A stretch of 62,411 bases of DNA, taken from an uncultured Anaerolineaceae bacterium. GTDB lineage: Bacteria; Chloroflexota; Limnocylindria; Limnocylindrales; CSP1-4. Below the pieces are notes generated by a model, which did no database searches, had not been told where the DNA came from, and worked only from the letters and a program-made list of their open reading frames with translations. The stretch is taken from contig CAZENL010000004.1 of the NCBI GenBank assembly GCA_964513505.1, forward strand, positions 1 to 62,411, read 5' to 3'. Both the position numbers and the translations under genes were made by a program. Below, one piece after another: positions 17,248 through 26,619 of this stretch; position 1 is the first letter of the stretch, and every line of letters starts with the position of its first letter.

Positions 17248-17276
17248 CTTATCCAGCATCCGCCGGGCCCCTTCAA
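17248..17276 (-). promoter_or_regulatory. sigma70-like promoter, probably leaderless, for the XRE gene
   Basis: TTGAAG-N17-GATAAG, then 6 nt and the ATG; no SD. Confidence 0.5.
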
Positions 17277-17291
17277 GCTGAAAAGCTCGCC

Positions 17292-17320
17292 TTGCTACCT
17301 CTCCCGGGCTTGGCCATATT
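17292..17320 (+). promoter_or_regulatory. sigma70-like rightward promoter
   Basis: TTGCTA-N17-CATATT, divergent from the XRE promoter. Confidence 0.55.
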
Positions 17321-17372
17321 CGGCGCCGGTCAAGGGGCGAATCTCCGCCCCGGTACTTTTGAGAGGCAAGCC

Positions 17373-17528
17373 ATGCGACACCCGATCACCCGCCGCCCCC
17401 TGAATTGGCGGTGGCCAATGCGGCTCCCCTTCAAGAACCCCGACGAAATGTGGTGGACGCTGACGAGCTGGGCGGTCGCCGCCATTCTCATCGCCTTCGG
17501 CTTCATCATCATCCACTCGCCAGGCTGA
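17373..17528 (+). CDS. small single-TM protein
   Basis: GAGAGG RBS; C-terminal WAVAAILIAFGFIII. Confidence 0.45.
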   Translation: MRHPITRRPLNWRWPMRLPFKNPDEMWWTLTSWAVAAILIAFGFIIIHSPG

Positions 17529-17530
17529 GC

Positions 17531-17998
17531 GTGTCGCCCACGCTCCGCCAGCCGACGCCGGCCGCCGCCGCATATCGGTGGTATGCCGCCGCGCTCAGCG
17601 CGAAGCCGGGCGATGATGCGCGGGCCTTCGATGAAGACGAGCCGCAGCCCGGGTTCTATAAGCGCCGGTTCAATCGGGAAGGCGTCTTCGTTCCGGCGAG
17701 GATCTGGCTGATCCAATATGTCGCCGATGGGGAGCTGATCGCTCCTGAGCTGATCGCCTGCGAAATCGGCGGCGATCGCTTCGATCCTCGTCACGCGGAG
17801 GGCCCTTTCGGCCTGCCGCTATGGTGCGTGCTGGCGGAGAACCCCATCACGAAAGCAGAATATGACCACATGATGCGCGTCCGGGCATGGGCGAAGACAT
17901 TCCGCCCCGATCAGCCTGAAGCCGCGCCGATGAAATCCGTGGATTTGTTCACGGTTAAACCGCCCACATGGGGCAAACGCAGCAAGAGGAAGCCATGA
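17531..17998 (+). CDS. conserved alphaproteobacterial phage hypothetical
   Basis: DEPQPGFYKRRFNREGVFVPARIW; GTG start assumed. Confidence 0.65.
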   Translation: MSPTLRQPTPAAAAYRWYAAALSAKPGDDARAFDEDEPQPGFYKRRFNREGVFVPARIWLIQYVADGELIAPELIACEIGGDRFDPRHAEGPFGLPLWCVLAENPITKAEYDHMMRVRAWAKTFRPDQPEAAPMKSVDLFTVKPPTWGKRSKRKP

Positions 17999-19125
17999 GC
18001 GAAGCACACGAAATCCCCCCGACCGTCGATAGCGCCATCAAGAAGGCGGTGCTCGGCGACAATTCCAGCAATGTGCCGGAAGATTTCCGCATCACCGTCA
18101 CGCCGCCCGAGGACATTACGCCCTATCTCGGCCGGCAATATGCCGATATCACCACCCGCTTCGCTGAGCTCTCCGCCTCGGCCGAGGCGATGCCCGACAC
18201 CATCGAGAACGATATCGAATCCGGGAAGGCCGGCGACTTGGTGAAGGAAATCCGCCTCTGGGACAAGAAGGCGGATGGCGCACGCTCGATCGAGAAGGAG
18301 CCATTCCAGAAGGGCGGCGCGACGGTGGACTCCTTCTTTAAGAACATGACCGAGAAGCTGGAGAAGGCGAAGAAGCGCGTTCTCGAAGTGCAGACCACCT
18401 ATCTCAACAAGAAGAAGGACGAGGAGCGCCGCCGGCTTGAGGCCGAGGCCCTGAAGAAGCGCGAGGCTGAGGAAAAGGCGCGCGTCGAAGCCGCCCAGGC
18501 CGAGGAGCGCAAGCGTGTGGCAGAAGAAGCCCGCGTCGCCGCTGAGGCCGCCGCCACCGAGGCCCGCGAAAACAAGGACGAGCTTGAGCAAGGGCGCCTC
18601 GATGCCGAGACCGCGCTGGCCAACGCCAAGCTCAAGAAGGCCATCGCTCGGCGGGATCGTGACGAGGATGCCTTCAGTGCCGCCTCTGTTGAGGTCACCA
18701 ACGCCATCGCCAGTCTCGCCGACGCCAAGGAGCGTCTGCGGGGCGCGCGTGAGGCTCAGCGCGTGGCCCTGGCCGATGCGGAGAAGAAGGCCAAGGAGCT
18801 GCGCACAGCCACCACCGCCGCGAACAATGCCGGTGACACCGCTGAGCGCGAAGGCGCCGGCGCGGCCAAGATCGAGAAGAAGCTGGAGAAGGCCAGCGAC
18901 GGCGATCTTTCCCGCACTCGCGGCGAGCATGGCAGCGTCAACACGCTCGCAAGGCATTGGGAGGCGACGATCGTCGATATGCAGCTCGTTCACGAGAACG
19001 TCGCGCTCATCATCGGCCTGATCGATCCCGATGTGATCCAAGTCGCCGTCAATAAGCGCATGAGGGCCGGCAACCGCGATGTGCCCGGCGTCACCTACGA
19101 AGAAGTCTCAGACGCCCGTTCCTAA
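17995..19125 (+). CDS. Gp157/Gam-like coiled-coil protein of the recombination module
   Basis: Start MSEAHE (ATGA). N- and C-terminal parts resemble Bet-associated proteins; long Ala/Glu coiled coil. Confidence 0.5.
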   Translation: MSEAHEIPPTVDSAIKKAVLGDNSSNVPEDFRITVTPPEDITPYLGRQYADITTRFAELSASAEAMPDTIENDIESGKAGDLVKEIRLWDKKADGARSIEKEPFQKGGATVDSFFKNMTEKLEKAKKRVLEVQTTYLNKKKDEERRRLEAEALKKREAEEKARVEAAQAEERKRVAEEARVAAEAAATEARENKDELEQGRLDAETALANAKLKKAIARRDRDEDAFSAASVEVTNAIASLADAKERLRGAREAQRVALADAEKKAKELRTATTAANNAGDTAEREGAGAAKIEKKLEKASDGDLSRTRGEHGSVNTLARHWEATIVDMQLVHENVALIIGLIDPDVIQVAVNKRMRAGNRDVPGVTYEEVSDARS

Positions 19126-19153
19126 TCCACCAACCCCCGAAAGGATTTTCAGC

Positions 19154-20500
19154 ATGAATACCCAAACCGCAAAGCCGTCGCAGACCGCAGAGCAAGCCCA
19201 GCCCGCTCAGCCGCTGGCGGTCGCCGGCACCGGGAAAGCCGTCGCGCGCATCGCGCCGGCGCGCCTTCCCTATCATCCGGCGATCGAGGGCACCTTCGGC
19301 GTCGATCGCAGCCAATGGCGAGCGCTGACCGATAGTATCTTCCCGATGGCCAAGACCACGGAAGCGGTCATCTTGGCGCTCTCCTACTGCAAGGCCCGCC
19401 ACCTCGATATTATGAAGAAGCCGGTCCATATCGTGCCGATGTGGAACAGCGAGCTCAAGAAGGAGGTCGAGACTGTTTGGCCTGCCATCACCGAGCATCG
19501 CATCACGGCGCACCGCACCGGCCAATATGCCGGCACCGATGCGACGCTCTTCGGCGAGCAGAAGACGAAGCACTTCGAGGCCAAGGTCCAGTCGGGAAAG
19601 AACGCCGGCAAAATCTATAAGGCCGATGTGACGTTTCCAGAATGGGCTCAGGTAACGGTCTATCGCCTTGTCGCTGGCCAGCGCTGCGCCTTCCCGGGGC
19701 CGCGGGTTTACTTCGAGGAATTCTTCGGCATGACGGCCGGCCTGCCGGTGCCGAATTCCCGCTGGGCGCGCTCGCCCTCGCAAATGCTGGAGAAGTGCGC
19801 CGAGGCCGGCGCGCTCCGCAAAGCCTTCACCGAGGAAATCGGCGCCGATCCGATCGCCGAGGAAATGGAAGGCCGGATCATCGATCAAGTGCTCTCGCAA
19901 ATGAAGAAGGCGCGCCCCAACCAGCCGCTCAACACTTCGGCGCATTTCGTGCCGGAGAACGAAGTGGTCGACTCCAGCGCTGAGGCGGCGGCCGAGGATG
20001 GCGAAGCGGCTGAAGAAGGCCACGATCCCGAAACCGGCGAAGTGGTCGAGGAAGGCTCGGCCGCCACGGCGGAAGCCGCCAAGCCCGATCGCGGCGCCGA
20101 CTGGCTGGCGGCCCGGATCGCCTCGATCGCCGGCGTCACCGATCGCGCTCTGCTGGCCCAGAAGGACAAGGCGGTGCGCGAAGTGATCGCCAACGAAGAG
20201 CGGCCCGATCTTCTCCCGAAATGGGAAGAGGCGCTCAAGGCCGCGCTCGATGCGCTGCCGGCGGAGACGGTCAAGGCGGCCGAGGCTCCGAAGGGCGAGA
20301 CGAAGGCGCTCAGCGCGGCCGATCAGGAATACGAGGACTGGAAGGCCGATCAATACGCGCTGCTCAAGAACGCCAAGCTCACGCGGACGGTCGATGATCT
20401 TCAGGAGCTCACCGTCAAAGAGCTCCGCGAGGCTGATCGTCCTGCCTACGTCGAGGCCTGCAACGCCAAGGCGAAAGAGCTGCTGAGCGGCAAGAAGTAA
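19154..20500 (+). CDS. bet: Red-beta (Bet) single-strand annealing protein
   Basis: YCKARHLDIMKKPVHIVPMW, RITAHRTGQYAG, WARSPSQMLEKCAEAGALRKAF. Confidence 0.85.
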   Translation: MNTQTAKPSQTAEQAQPAQPLAVAGTGKAVARIAPARLPYHPAIEGTFGVDRSQWRALTDSIFPMAKTTEAVILALSYCKARHLDIMKKPVHIVPMWNSELKKEVETVWPAITEHRITAHRTGQYAGTDATLFGEQKTKHFEAKVQSGKNAGKIYKADVTFPEWAQVTVYRLVAGQRCAFPGPRVYFEEFFGMTAGLPVPNSRWARSPSQMLEKCAEAGALRKAFTEEIGADPIAEEMEGRIIDQVLSQMKKARPNQPLNTSAHFVPENEVVDSSAEAAAEDGEAAEEGHDPETGEVVEEGSAATAEAAKPDRGADWLAARIASIAGVTDRALLAQKDKAVREVIANEERPDLLPKWEEALKAALDALPAETVKAAEAPKGETKALSAADQEYEDWKADQYALLKNAKLTRTVDDLQELTVKELREADRPAYVEACNAKAKELLSGKK

Positions 20501-20533
20501 ACCCACCAACCAATCCTCAAGAGGAATTCCATC

Positions 20534-21994
20534 ATGCAATCAATTCAGAATGTCGCCCTCGACAAGCTCCGCTTCGGCCATGAATTCAAAGGCGGCTCGC
20601 TTAATGTCCGGCAATCCGGCCGCGATGATGTTGACGCCCTGATCGCTTCCATCAAGGCCGAGGGGCTGCTCCAGCCTCTCGCCTCATGGGAGCGTGAAGG
20701 CGTTTTCTATATCTTAGACGGCAACCGCCGCCTGGCCGCGCTGAAAAAGATCGGCAAGCCAGTGCCGGAGAATTGGCTGCATGTCATCGAGGCCGACAGT
20801 ATCGAAGACGCCCAGGCGAAGAGCTTGGCGGCCAACATCATGGCCGTGCCGCTCGATCCGGTTGACCGCTTCGAGGCCTTCGCCTCTCTCCAGCCGAAGT
20901 TCACCGCCGAGCAGATCGCGGCGCGATATGGCACCACGAAGAAGCTGGTCGAGCGCAGCCTCATCCTCGCAAAGCTCTCGCCGACGATCAGGACGGCGCT
21001 CCGCAAAAACGAGCTCGATTACGAGGCCGCCTGCGCCTTCACCATCGAGCCCGATCCGAAGCGCCAGGAGGCCATCTTCAAGAAGCTGAAGGCGCGCGGA
21101 AACTGGTGCCTGCGTCGCTATGATATCCGCGAGGCAATCACCGGCGATCAGGATGATATCGCCGGCATGTTGAAATTCGTCGGCGCCGCGGCCGCCAAGG
21201 AGGCGGGCGTGACGGAAGTGGACGATCTATTCGCCGAAAAGGGCGACGCGCCCAAAGTGGTGCAGAATGTCGGCGCGCTGGAGAAGCTCGTCCAGGCGAA
21301 GATCAGCAGCACGAAGAGCAAGCTGCTGGCCGAGGGCTGGGGCAGCGTGGTGATGGAAGACAGCCTCGAATATGGCTGGGAGCGTTGGGCCCGCTCGCCG
21401 GCAGCAAAGGGCGCCGATCGCAAGAAGCTCATGGTGGTGCTGGAGCTCAAAGGCGGAGTTCTCAAGCAGCATCTGGGCCTCCATAAATCGAAGCAGCGCG
21501 TCGCCGTCGAGCAGAAGGCCGAGAAGAAGAAGGCCAGCCCGAACGCGCTGAGCAATGCGCTCAAGGAGCGGCTGGAGTACGTTCTCATCAAGGCCACCCG
21601 CACGGCGATCTTGAACGAGAGCTGGAAAGACCCCCGGGCGGCCATCTTCACCGCGATCGTCGCTGCGGATATTGACCGCCATCGCTTCATCCAGCAGATG
21701 CCAACCTATTTGGGCTCGAAGCTGGCCAGCATCCGGGACTCAATATCGGCCGATGTGATGAAGGCGGCGCTGCTCAAGCACTTCGATCCGAAGGACTACT
21801 TCCCGCGCGCCCCCAAGGGCGTGGTGCTGAAGGCGATCGCGGAATCCCTTGTCCAGGCCCCGGCCGATCTGAAAACGAAAACCAAGGCCGTGATCTGGAA
21901 ATTCGCCATCGCCCATGTCGGCAAGACCGAATGGTTGCCGCCTGAGCTGCGCACCGCCCACTATGCCGCCAAGAAGGGCGCGAAGAAGCGCTGA
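20534..21994 (+). CDS. ParB/RepB/Spo0J-family protein
   Basis: LIASIKAEGLLQPL, YILDGNRRLAAL, ANIMAVPLDPVDRFEAF, followed by an HTH. Confidence 0.85.
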   Translation: MQSIQNVALDKLRFGHEFKGGSLNVRQSGRDDVDALIASIKAEGLLQPLASWEREGVFYILDGNRRLAALKKIGKPVPENWLHVIEADSIEDAQAKSLAANIMAVPLDPVDRFEAFASLQPKFTAEQIAARYGTTKKLVERSLILAKLSPTIRTALRKNELDYEAACAFTIEPDPKRQEAIFKKLKARGNWCLRRYDIREAITGDQDDIAGMLKFVGAAAAKEAGVTEVDDLFAEKGDAPKVVQNVGALEKLVQAKISSTKSKLLAEGWGSVVMEDSLEYGWERWARSPAAKGADRKKLMVVLELKGGVLKQHLGLHKSKQRVAVEQKAEKKKASPNALSNALKERLEYVLIKATRTAILNESWKDPRAAIFTAIVAADIDRHRFIQQMPTYLGSKLASIRDSISADVMKAALLKHFDPKDYFPRAPKGVVLKAIAESLVQAPADLKTKTKAVIWKFAIAHVGKTEWLPPELRTAHYAAKKGAKKR

Positions 21995-22035
21995 TTGATC
22001 CCTCCATCATTTCCACCAACCGAAAGGACTTCACC

Positions 22036-22404
22036 ATGAAACGCTTTTCCATCCTCGCCGCCTGCCTCCTGCTCTCCGGCTGCGTCGGCTCTCCCGCTCA
22101 GAACTACGTCCCGGCGATCGATCTTCAGGGCGTCGATATGAGCCGCTACCAAGCCGACTTGAAGGATTGTCAGGGCTACGGCGCGACCCATGATCCGGCC
22201 AGGGCGGCGGCGAACAGCGCCATCGCCGGCGCGATTGTCGGCGCTCTCCTCGGCGCCGCGATCGGGGGCGGCCGCATGGTCGCGACTGGCGCGGCGATCG
22301 GCGGCACGGAAGCCGGCGCCGCCGGCGGAGTGCGGGCGGCCGAGACAGCCCAGCTCGTAGTTCAACGCTGCATGGCCGGCCGCGGCTACCGCGTGTTGGA
22401 TTAG
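22036..22404 (+). CDS. glycine-zipper lipoprotein
   Basis: Lipobox LLSG-C; AIAGAIVGALLGAAIGG zipper; QRCMAGRGY. Confidence 0.8.
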   Translation: MKRFSILAACLLLSGCVGSPAQNYVPAIDLQGVDMSRYQADLKDCQGYGATHDPARAAANSAIAGAIVGALLGAAIGGGRMVATGAAIGGTEAGAAGGVRAAETAQLVVQRCMAGRGYRVLD

Positions 22405-22407
22405 GCC

Positions 22408-24261
22408 ATGAGCAAAACGGCGATCCCGGACGAGGCCCTCGACGATCGGCTGGGCTTCGTCGGCACCAGCGGCAGCGGCAAAACCTACGGCGCGAAGGGG
22501 CGCGTCGAGCGCCTCCTCAAGCTGGGCCATCGGGCGGTGATCGTCGATGCTCTCGATGTGTGGTGGGGGCTTCGCCTTTCGCCGGATGGCAAGAAGGCCG
22601 GCTTCGATGTGGCGGTGCTGGGCGGCAAGCACGGCGACATGCCGATCAACGAGCATTCGGGCGCCCTGATCGGCGAGGCGGTGGCCACCAGCTCGGAGAG
22701 CTGCATCGTCTCGCTCGGCGGGATGAAGACGCAGGCGGCCAGGCAGCGCTTCATGCTGGCCTTCCTCGACGCCGTTTATGAGCACACCGATCCCGATCGC
22801 GGCGATCCCTATCATTTCGTGGTGGATGAGGCCGATCTTTGGGCGCCGCAAAAGCCCATGGGGAATGAAGCGATGCTCTGCCACTTGATGGAGGAGATCG
22901 TGCGGCGCGGCCGCGTGAAGGGCTTCATCCCTTGGGTGATTACCCAGCGGCCGGCGGTCATTAACAAAAACGTGCTGAGCATGGTGGACGGGCTTATCGC
23001 CTTGAAGCTGACCAGCTCGCAGGATCGCGACGCGCTCTGGGCGTGGGTCGAGGGCCAGGGCGATCGGCAGGAGGGAAAGGCGATGATCGCCCAGCTCCCG
23101 GCGCTCCAGCGCGGCGAAGGCATCATCTGGATACCCAGTCGCCACATTCTGAAGACGGCGCAATTCCCGGAGAATTCGACCTTCGATAGCTCGCGCACCC
23201 CGAAGCGGGGCGAGAAGAAGATCGACGCCAAGCTCCAGCCGCTCAATATCGAGGCGCTGAAATCCCGGCTCGTCACCGTCGAGCAGGAGGCGAAGGCGAA
23301 CGATCCCAAGTCCCTCAAGATCAGGATCGCCGAGCTGGAGCGCGAACTGGCGAAGGCGTCCATCCCGAAGGGCGGCTTAAAGGAAATCGATCATGGCATG
23401 ATCTTTGCCGCCGCCCAGGAGGCGCGCGCGATCGGCCGGGAGGAAGGCTTCCTCGTCGGCCACCATGTCGGCGCCGGACTGGCTGGAGTGGTCGGCAAGT
23501 GGATGCGCGAGAGCATCAAGGGGATCGGCGATCAGCTCAACGGCCGGCTGGACGAAGGGATCGCGCTCGCCCAGGCGCAAGAGTTTACCGAGGAGCAGGC
23601 AGGCTTTGCCGGTGTCGGCGGCGAGGCGGTGCTCAAGAAGCTCAGGAAGGGCCTGATCGTCGAGAAGGGCAGCGAGCGGGCGAAGCTCTTGTCGGCCGCT
23701 CCAGCCGCGCCGGCTCCGCGCGCCGCTACCGACCGGATGCCGCTCCCGGTCCGGGCCGCCCCGCCGCCCGCCGCCATCGATCCCGAGCTCGGCCGGGCAA
23801 AGCAGGCGATCCTCGATGCTCTGGCATGGTGGGAAAGCATCGGCCGCCACGCGATCGATAGAGTGGTGCTGGCCTTCCTGATCGGCGTTTCCAACAAGAG
23901 CTCAGGGCATCAAAACAACCTCGGCGCCCTCCGCACCGCCGGCCTGATCGAATATCCCCCAGGCGGCGGCATGGCGGAGCTCACGCCGGCGGGCCGGGCC
24001 AAGGCCAACCCGCCCGAGGCGGTGCTGGATTCCGCCGCCCTCCAGCAGCGCATCCTCGGCAAGCTCAACCCGCCCATGCGCGCGATCGTCGAGCTGCTCC
24101 TCGATGGCCGCGAGCGATCGAAGGATGAGCTGGCCGAAGAGCTGGGCGTCTCGGCGAAATCCAGCGGCCACCAAAACAATCTCGGCTCACTTCGCACCAT
24201 GGGCTTCATCACCTATCCCAAAGCCGGATCGGTGGTGATCGGCTCTTCCATGTTTATCTGA
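22408..24261 (+). CDS. HerA/DUF87-like P-loop ATPase with tandem C-terminal wHTH domains
   Basis: GTSGSGKT, FVVDEAD, RGRVKG..VITQRPA; KSSGHQNNLG occurs twice at the C-terminus. Confidence 0.8.
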   Translation: MSKTAIPDEALDDRLGFVGTSGSGKTYGAKGRVERLLKLGHRAVIVDALDVWWGLRLSPDGKKAGFDVAVLGGKHGDMPINEHSGALIGEAVATSSESCIVSLGGMKTQAARQRFMLAFLDAVYEHTDPDRGDPYHFVVDEADLWAPQKPMGNEAMLCHLMEEIVRRGRVKGFIPWVITQRPAVINKNVLSMVDGLIALKLTSSQDRDALWAWVEGQGDRQEGKAMIAQLPALQRGEGIIWIPSRHILKTAQFPENSTFDSSRTPKRGEKKIDAKLQPLNIEALKSRLVTVEQEAKANDPKSLKIRIAELERELAKASIPKGGLKEIDHGMIFAAAQEARAIGREEGFLVGHHVGAGLAGVVGKWMRESIKGIGDQLNGRLDEGIALAQAQEFTEEQAGFAGVGGEAVLKKLRKGLIVEKGSERAKLLSAAPAAPAPRAATDRMPLPVRAAPPPAAIDPELGRAKQAILDALAWWESIGRHAIDRVVLAFLIGVSNKSSGHQNNLGALRTAGLIEYPPGGGMAELTPAGRAKANPPEAVLDSAALQQRILGKLNPPMRAIVELLLDGRERSKDELAEELGVSAKSSGHQNNLGSLRTMGFITYPKAGSVVIGSSMFI

Positions 24262-24271
24262 GGAGGAAAGC

Positions 24272-24640
24272 ATGACACCCAATCGACAAAGACAGGCGCA
24301 CGAATATCTTGAGCTCAAGCAGCGCGGCTTCTCTTTCGCCGAGGTCGCCGCGATGAAGGGCCTCACGCCGGCAGCGGTGACAGGCTGTGTCGCCGAGCTC
24401 AGGGCTGAGCTCAAGCGCATCCATGGCCCCCAGCATCTTGTCGCCCATAACGCGGCGCTTTCGGTGCGGGCCCGGTGGATTCTCCGCAATGTCGGGGTCG
24501 CCTCGCTCTTCGATCTTCCCAGCCTCCAGCCATCGCCGGAGGCCTATCTCATGCGGACGCCATGCTGCGGCGGCAAAACCGTCAAGGAGATAATGGCCGC
24601 CCGGGCTGCGGTGGTGGCAGGGATGAAGGCGGCGGAATGA
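24272..24640 (+). CDS. HTH plus RNA polymerase alpha-CTD-like protein
   Basis: N-terminal GFSFAEVAAMKGLTPAAV. LSVRARWILR..DL..LMRTPCCGGKTVKEI aligns to alphaCTD LTVRSANCLK..DL..LLKTPNLGKKSLTEI. Confidence 0.7.
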   Translation: MTPNRQRQAHEYLELKQRGFSFAEVAAMKGLTPAAVTGCVAELRAELKRIHGPQHLVAHNAALSVRARWILRNVGVASLFDLPSLQPSPEAYLMRTPCCGGKTVKEIMAARAAVVAGMKAAE

Positions 24641-24828
24641 AGCCGGTCAAGCACAGCGAGATTTGCGCGCGGTGCGGCAAAGCCCGGCAAGTGATCTGGC
24701 ATGGGCGCTATACTGCGTCGGAATTCTACCCGCCTGGCGCTTGCACCCAGACAGACCAATGCGAGCGGGAAATGCTGGCGGCCGCGAAGAAGATCGAAAA
24801 ATCAAGAGGAGAGAAGAATGCGAGTTGA
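24637..24828 (+). CDS. small Cys-rich protein
   Basis: Start MKPVKH (ATGA); CARC...C...C. Confidence 0.5.
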   Translation: MKPVKHSEICARCGKARQVIWHGRYTASEFYPPGACTQTDQCEREMLAAAKKIEKSRGEKNAS

Positions 24829-25570
24829 AACAGATGTGATGCTGGTGCTGGAGCGGTCGGGCACGCATGGGAACGAGCTGCACTTGCCGCCAGAGAAGCT
24901 CGATCGGCCGATGTATGAGCGCGTCGCCAAGGTGATCGAGGCCTGCGGCGGCAAATGGAACCGAAAAGCGAAAGCCCACCTGTTCGACGGGCCGGCGGTC
25001 GATGCGATCGATGCGGTGCTCTTGAACGGCGAAGTCGCGAAGCCGCAGGATTTTGGCTTCTTCGAGACGCCGCCCGAGTTGGTGGTGCGCGTGATGTACG
25101 AGGCGCAAATCAGCGAGGGCATGGAAGTGCTGGAGCCCTCGGCCGGCACCGGCCGCCTAGCAGATGCGGCGCGCGATGTTGGCGCTAATGTCCTGTGCGT
25201 CGAGCTCCAGCAAAAGAATTGCGAGGCGCTCCGGGCCAAGAAGCATCACTTCATCCCCACCACGGATTTCCTCACCTTCGAGCGGCCGATCCTGCCGGCG
25301 CGCTTCGATCGCGTGGTGATGAACCCGCCCTTCGCGCGCTCGGCCGATGTGAAGCACATCTTGCACGCCTATTCGATGCTCAAGCCAGGCGGCCGTCTGG
25401 TGTCGATCGCCGGCGCCGGCGTCCTCTTCCGGCAGGACCGGCTATATCAGGAGCTCCGCCAGCTCGCGGCCGCGCACGGCTCGATGGAGCCGCTCCCGGA
25501 GGGCAGCTTCAAGAGCGCCGGCACGATGGTGAATACGGCGCTGGTGATTCTCGATGCCGATCCGGCCTGA
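24818..25570 (+). CDS. N6-adenine-type SAM-dependent methyltransferase
   Basis: FGFFETP, VLEPSAGTG, VVMNPPF. Confidence 0.85.
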   Translation: MRVETDVMLVLERSGTHGNELHLPPEKLDRPMYERVAKVIEACGGKWNRKAKAHLFDGPAVDAIDAVLLNGEVAKPQDFGFFETPPELVVRVMYEAQISEGMEVLEPSAGTGRLADAARDVGANVLCVELQQKNCEALRAKKHHFIPTTDFLTFERPILPARFDRVVMNPPFARSADVKHILHAYSMLKPGGRLVSIAGAGVLFRQDRLYQELRQLAAAHGSMEPLPEGSFKSAGTMVNTALVILDADPA

Positions 25571-25985
25571 GAACGCAGCGCGCTACCCAAAGGACTGGCC
25601 GGAAATCAGCCGGCGGGTGCGCGATGCCGCCGGCAACAAGTGCGAATGGTGCGGCGTGCCGAACGGCGAGCTCGGCGGCCGCCTTCCTTCCGGGACATGG
25701 TGCCGCGCTGCCGGCTGGGATCATCCTGCCGATCGGCCGGTCGAGGGCGGAAGCCACCCATGCCATGCCCCCGGCTCGGACAAGTGCGTGATGCTGAGGA
25801 TTGTCCGCATTGTGTTGACCGTCGCCCATCTGGATCACCAGCCCGAGAATTGCGATCGTGCGAACCTGAAGGCGCTCTGTCAGCGCTGCCATAATAGCTA
25901 CGACATGCCGCACCGCCGCGCCGGCATCGAAGAACGGGCTCGGGTCGGCCGGGCGCTCGGCGATCTATTCGAGGAGAAGCCTTGA
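25554..25985 (+). CDS. HNH endonuclease-like protein
   Basis: RYPKDW, CEWCG, LTVAHLDHQPENC..NLKALCQRCHNSYD. Confidence 0.85.
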   Translation: MPIRPENAARYPKDWPEISRRVRDAAGNKCEWCGVPNGELGGRLPSGTWCRAAGWDHPADRPVEGGSHPCHAPGSDKCVMLRIVRIVLTVAHLDHQPENCDRANLKALCQRCHNSYDMPHRRAGIEERARVGRALGDLFEEKP

Positions 25986-26221
25986 TGCAACGGGCCGATC
26001 TCTTCCCAACGGCGCCGCGCTTCTACAAAAAGCGGCGCGGCGTTCTGGGCCATGTGATTGACGCGGGCAATGGCTGCGGCGGCGCCGAGCCCGGCCGGAA
26101 CATTTGGGCTCGGTTGCGGTGCAGACGCGGGCACGAATGGGAAGTATTTTCAGGCCATACCGTCACCGAACTCAAGCGCGGCATTCCGTGCCCGACATGC
26201 AATGAGGAGAAGAGCGAATGA
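25985..26221 (+). CDS. zinc-ribbon protein
   Basis: CRRGHEW...CPTC. Confidence 0.6.
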   Translation: MQRADLFPTAPRFYKKRRGVLGHVIDAGNGCGGAEPGRNIWARLRCRRGHEWEVFSGHTVTELKRGIPCPTCNEEKSE

Positions 26222-26619
26222 TGAAGTCGCTGGCAGAGCACACCGCGGCCGTCGCCGCCTTCCTCGCCGAGCTGGCCGAGACGATGGGGGTGGATCTGGA
26301 GCCCGAAGGCGAGAAGATCAGCGTCGCCGAAATGTGCCAGCTCATCCTCGGCCGCGCCCGCGCCGATCGGGAGGCCGCCGTGGTGATATGCCCGCTGCGC
26401 CTCCAGCTCGTCGATCCGGGGAGCCTGAGCTGCCGCCATCAAGCCGGCACCACGCCGGCGTCTAATTTCGGAATGGTCGAATTCCTATTCGCTGGCCGCG
26501 ACGCGCTCGATCGGGCGGATGCCCTGCACGATGCGCTGCTGGCCCTCATCGCTTTCGTCGATCCCGCCAGGCCCGGGCCCGATGATCACCGCAACCGGCC
26601 GATCGAGAGGAAGACATGA
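26218..26619 (+). CDS. hypothetical protein
   Basis: ATGA-coupled. Confidence 0.55.
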   Translation: MMKSLAEHTAAVAAFLAELAETMGVDLEPEGEKISVAEMCQLILGRARADREAAVVICPLRLQLVDPGSLSCRHQAGTTPASNFGMVEFLFAGRDALDRADALHDALLALIAFVDPARPGPDDHRNRPIERKT

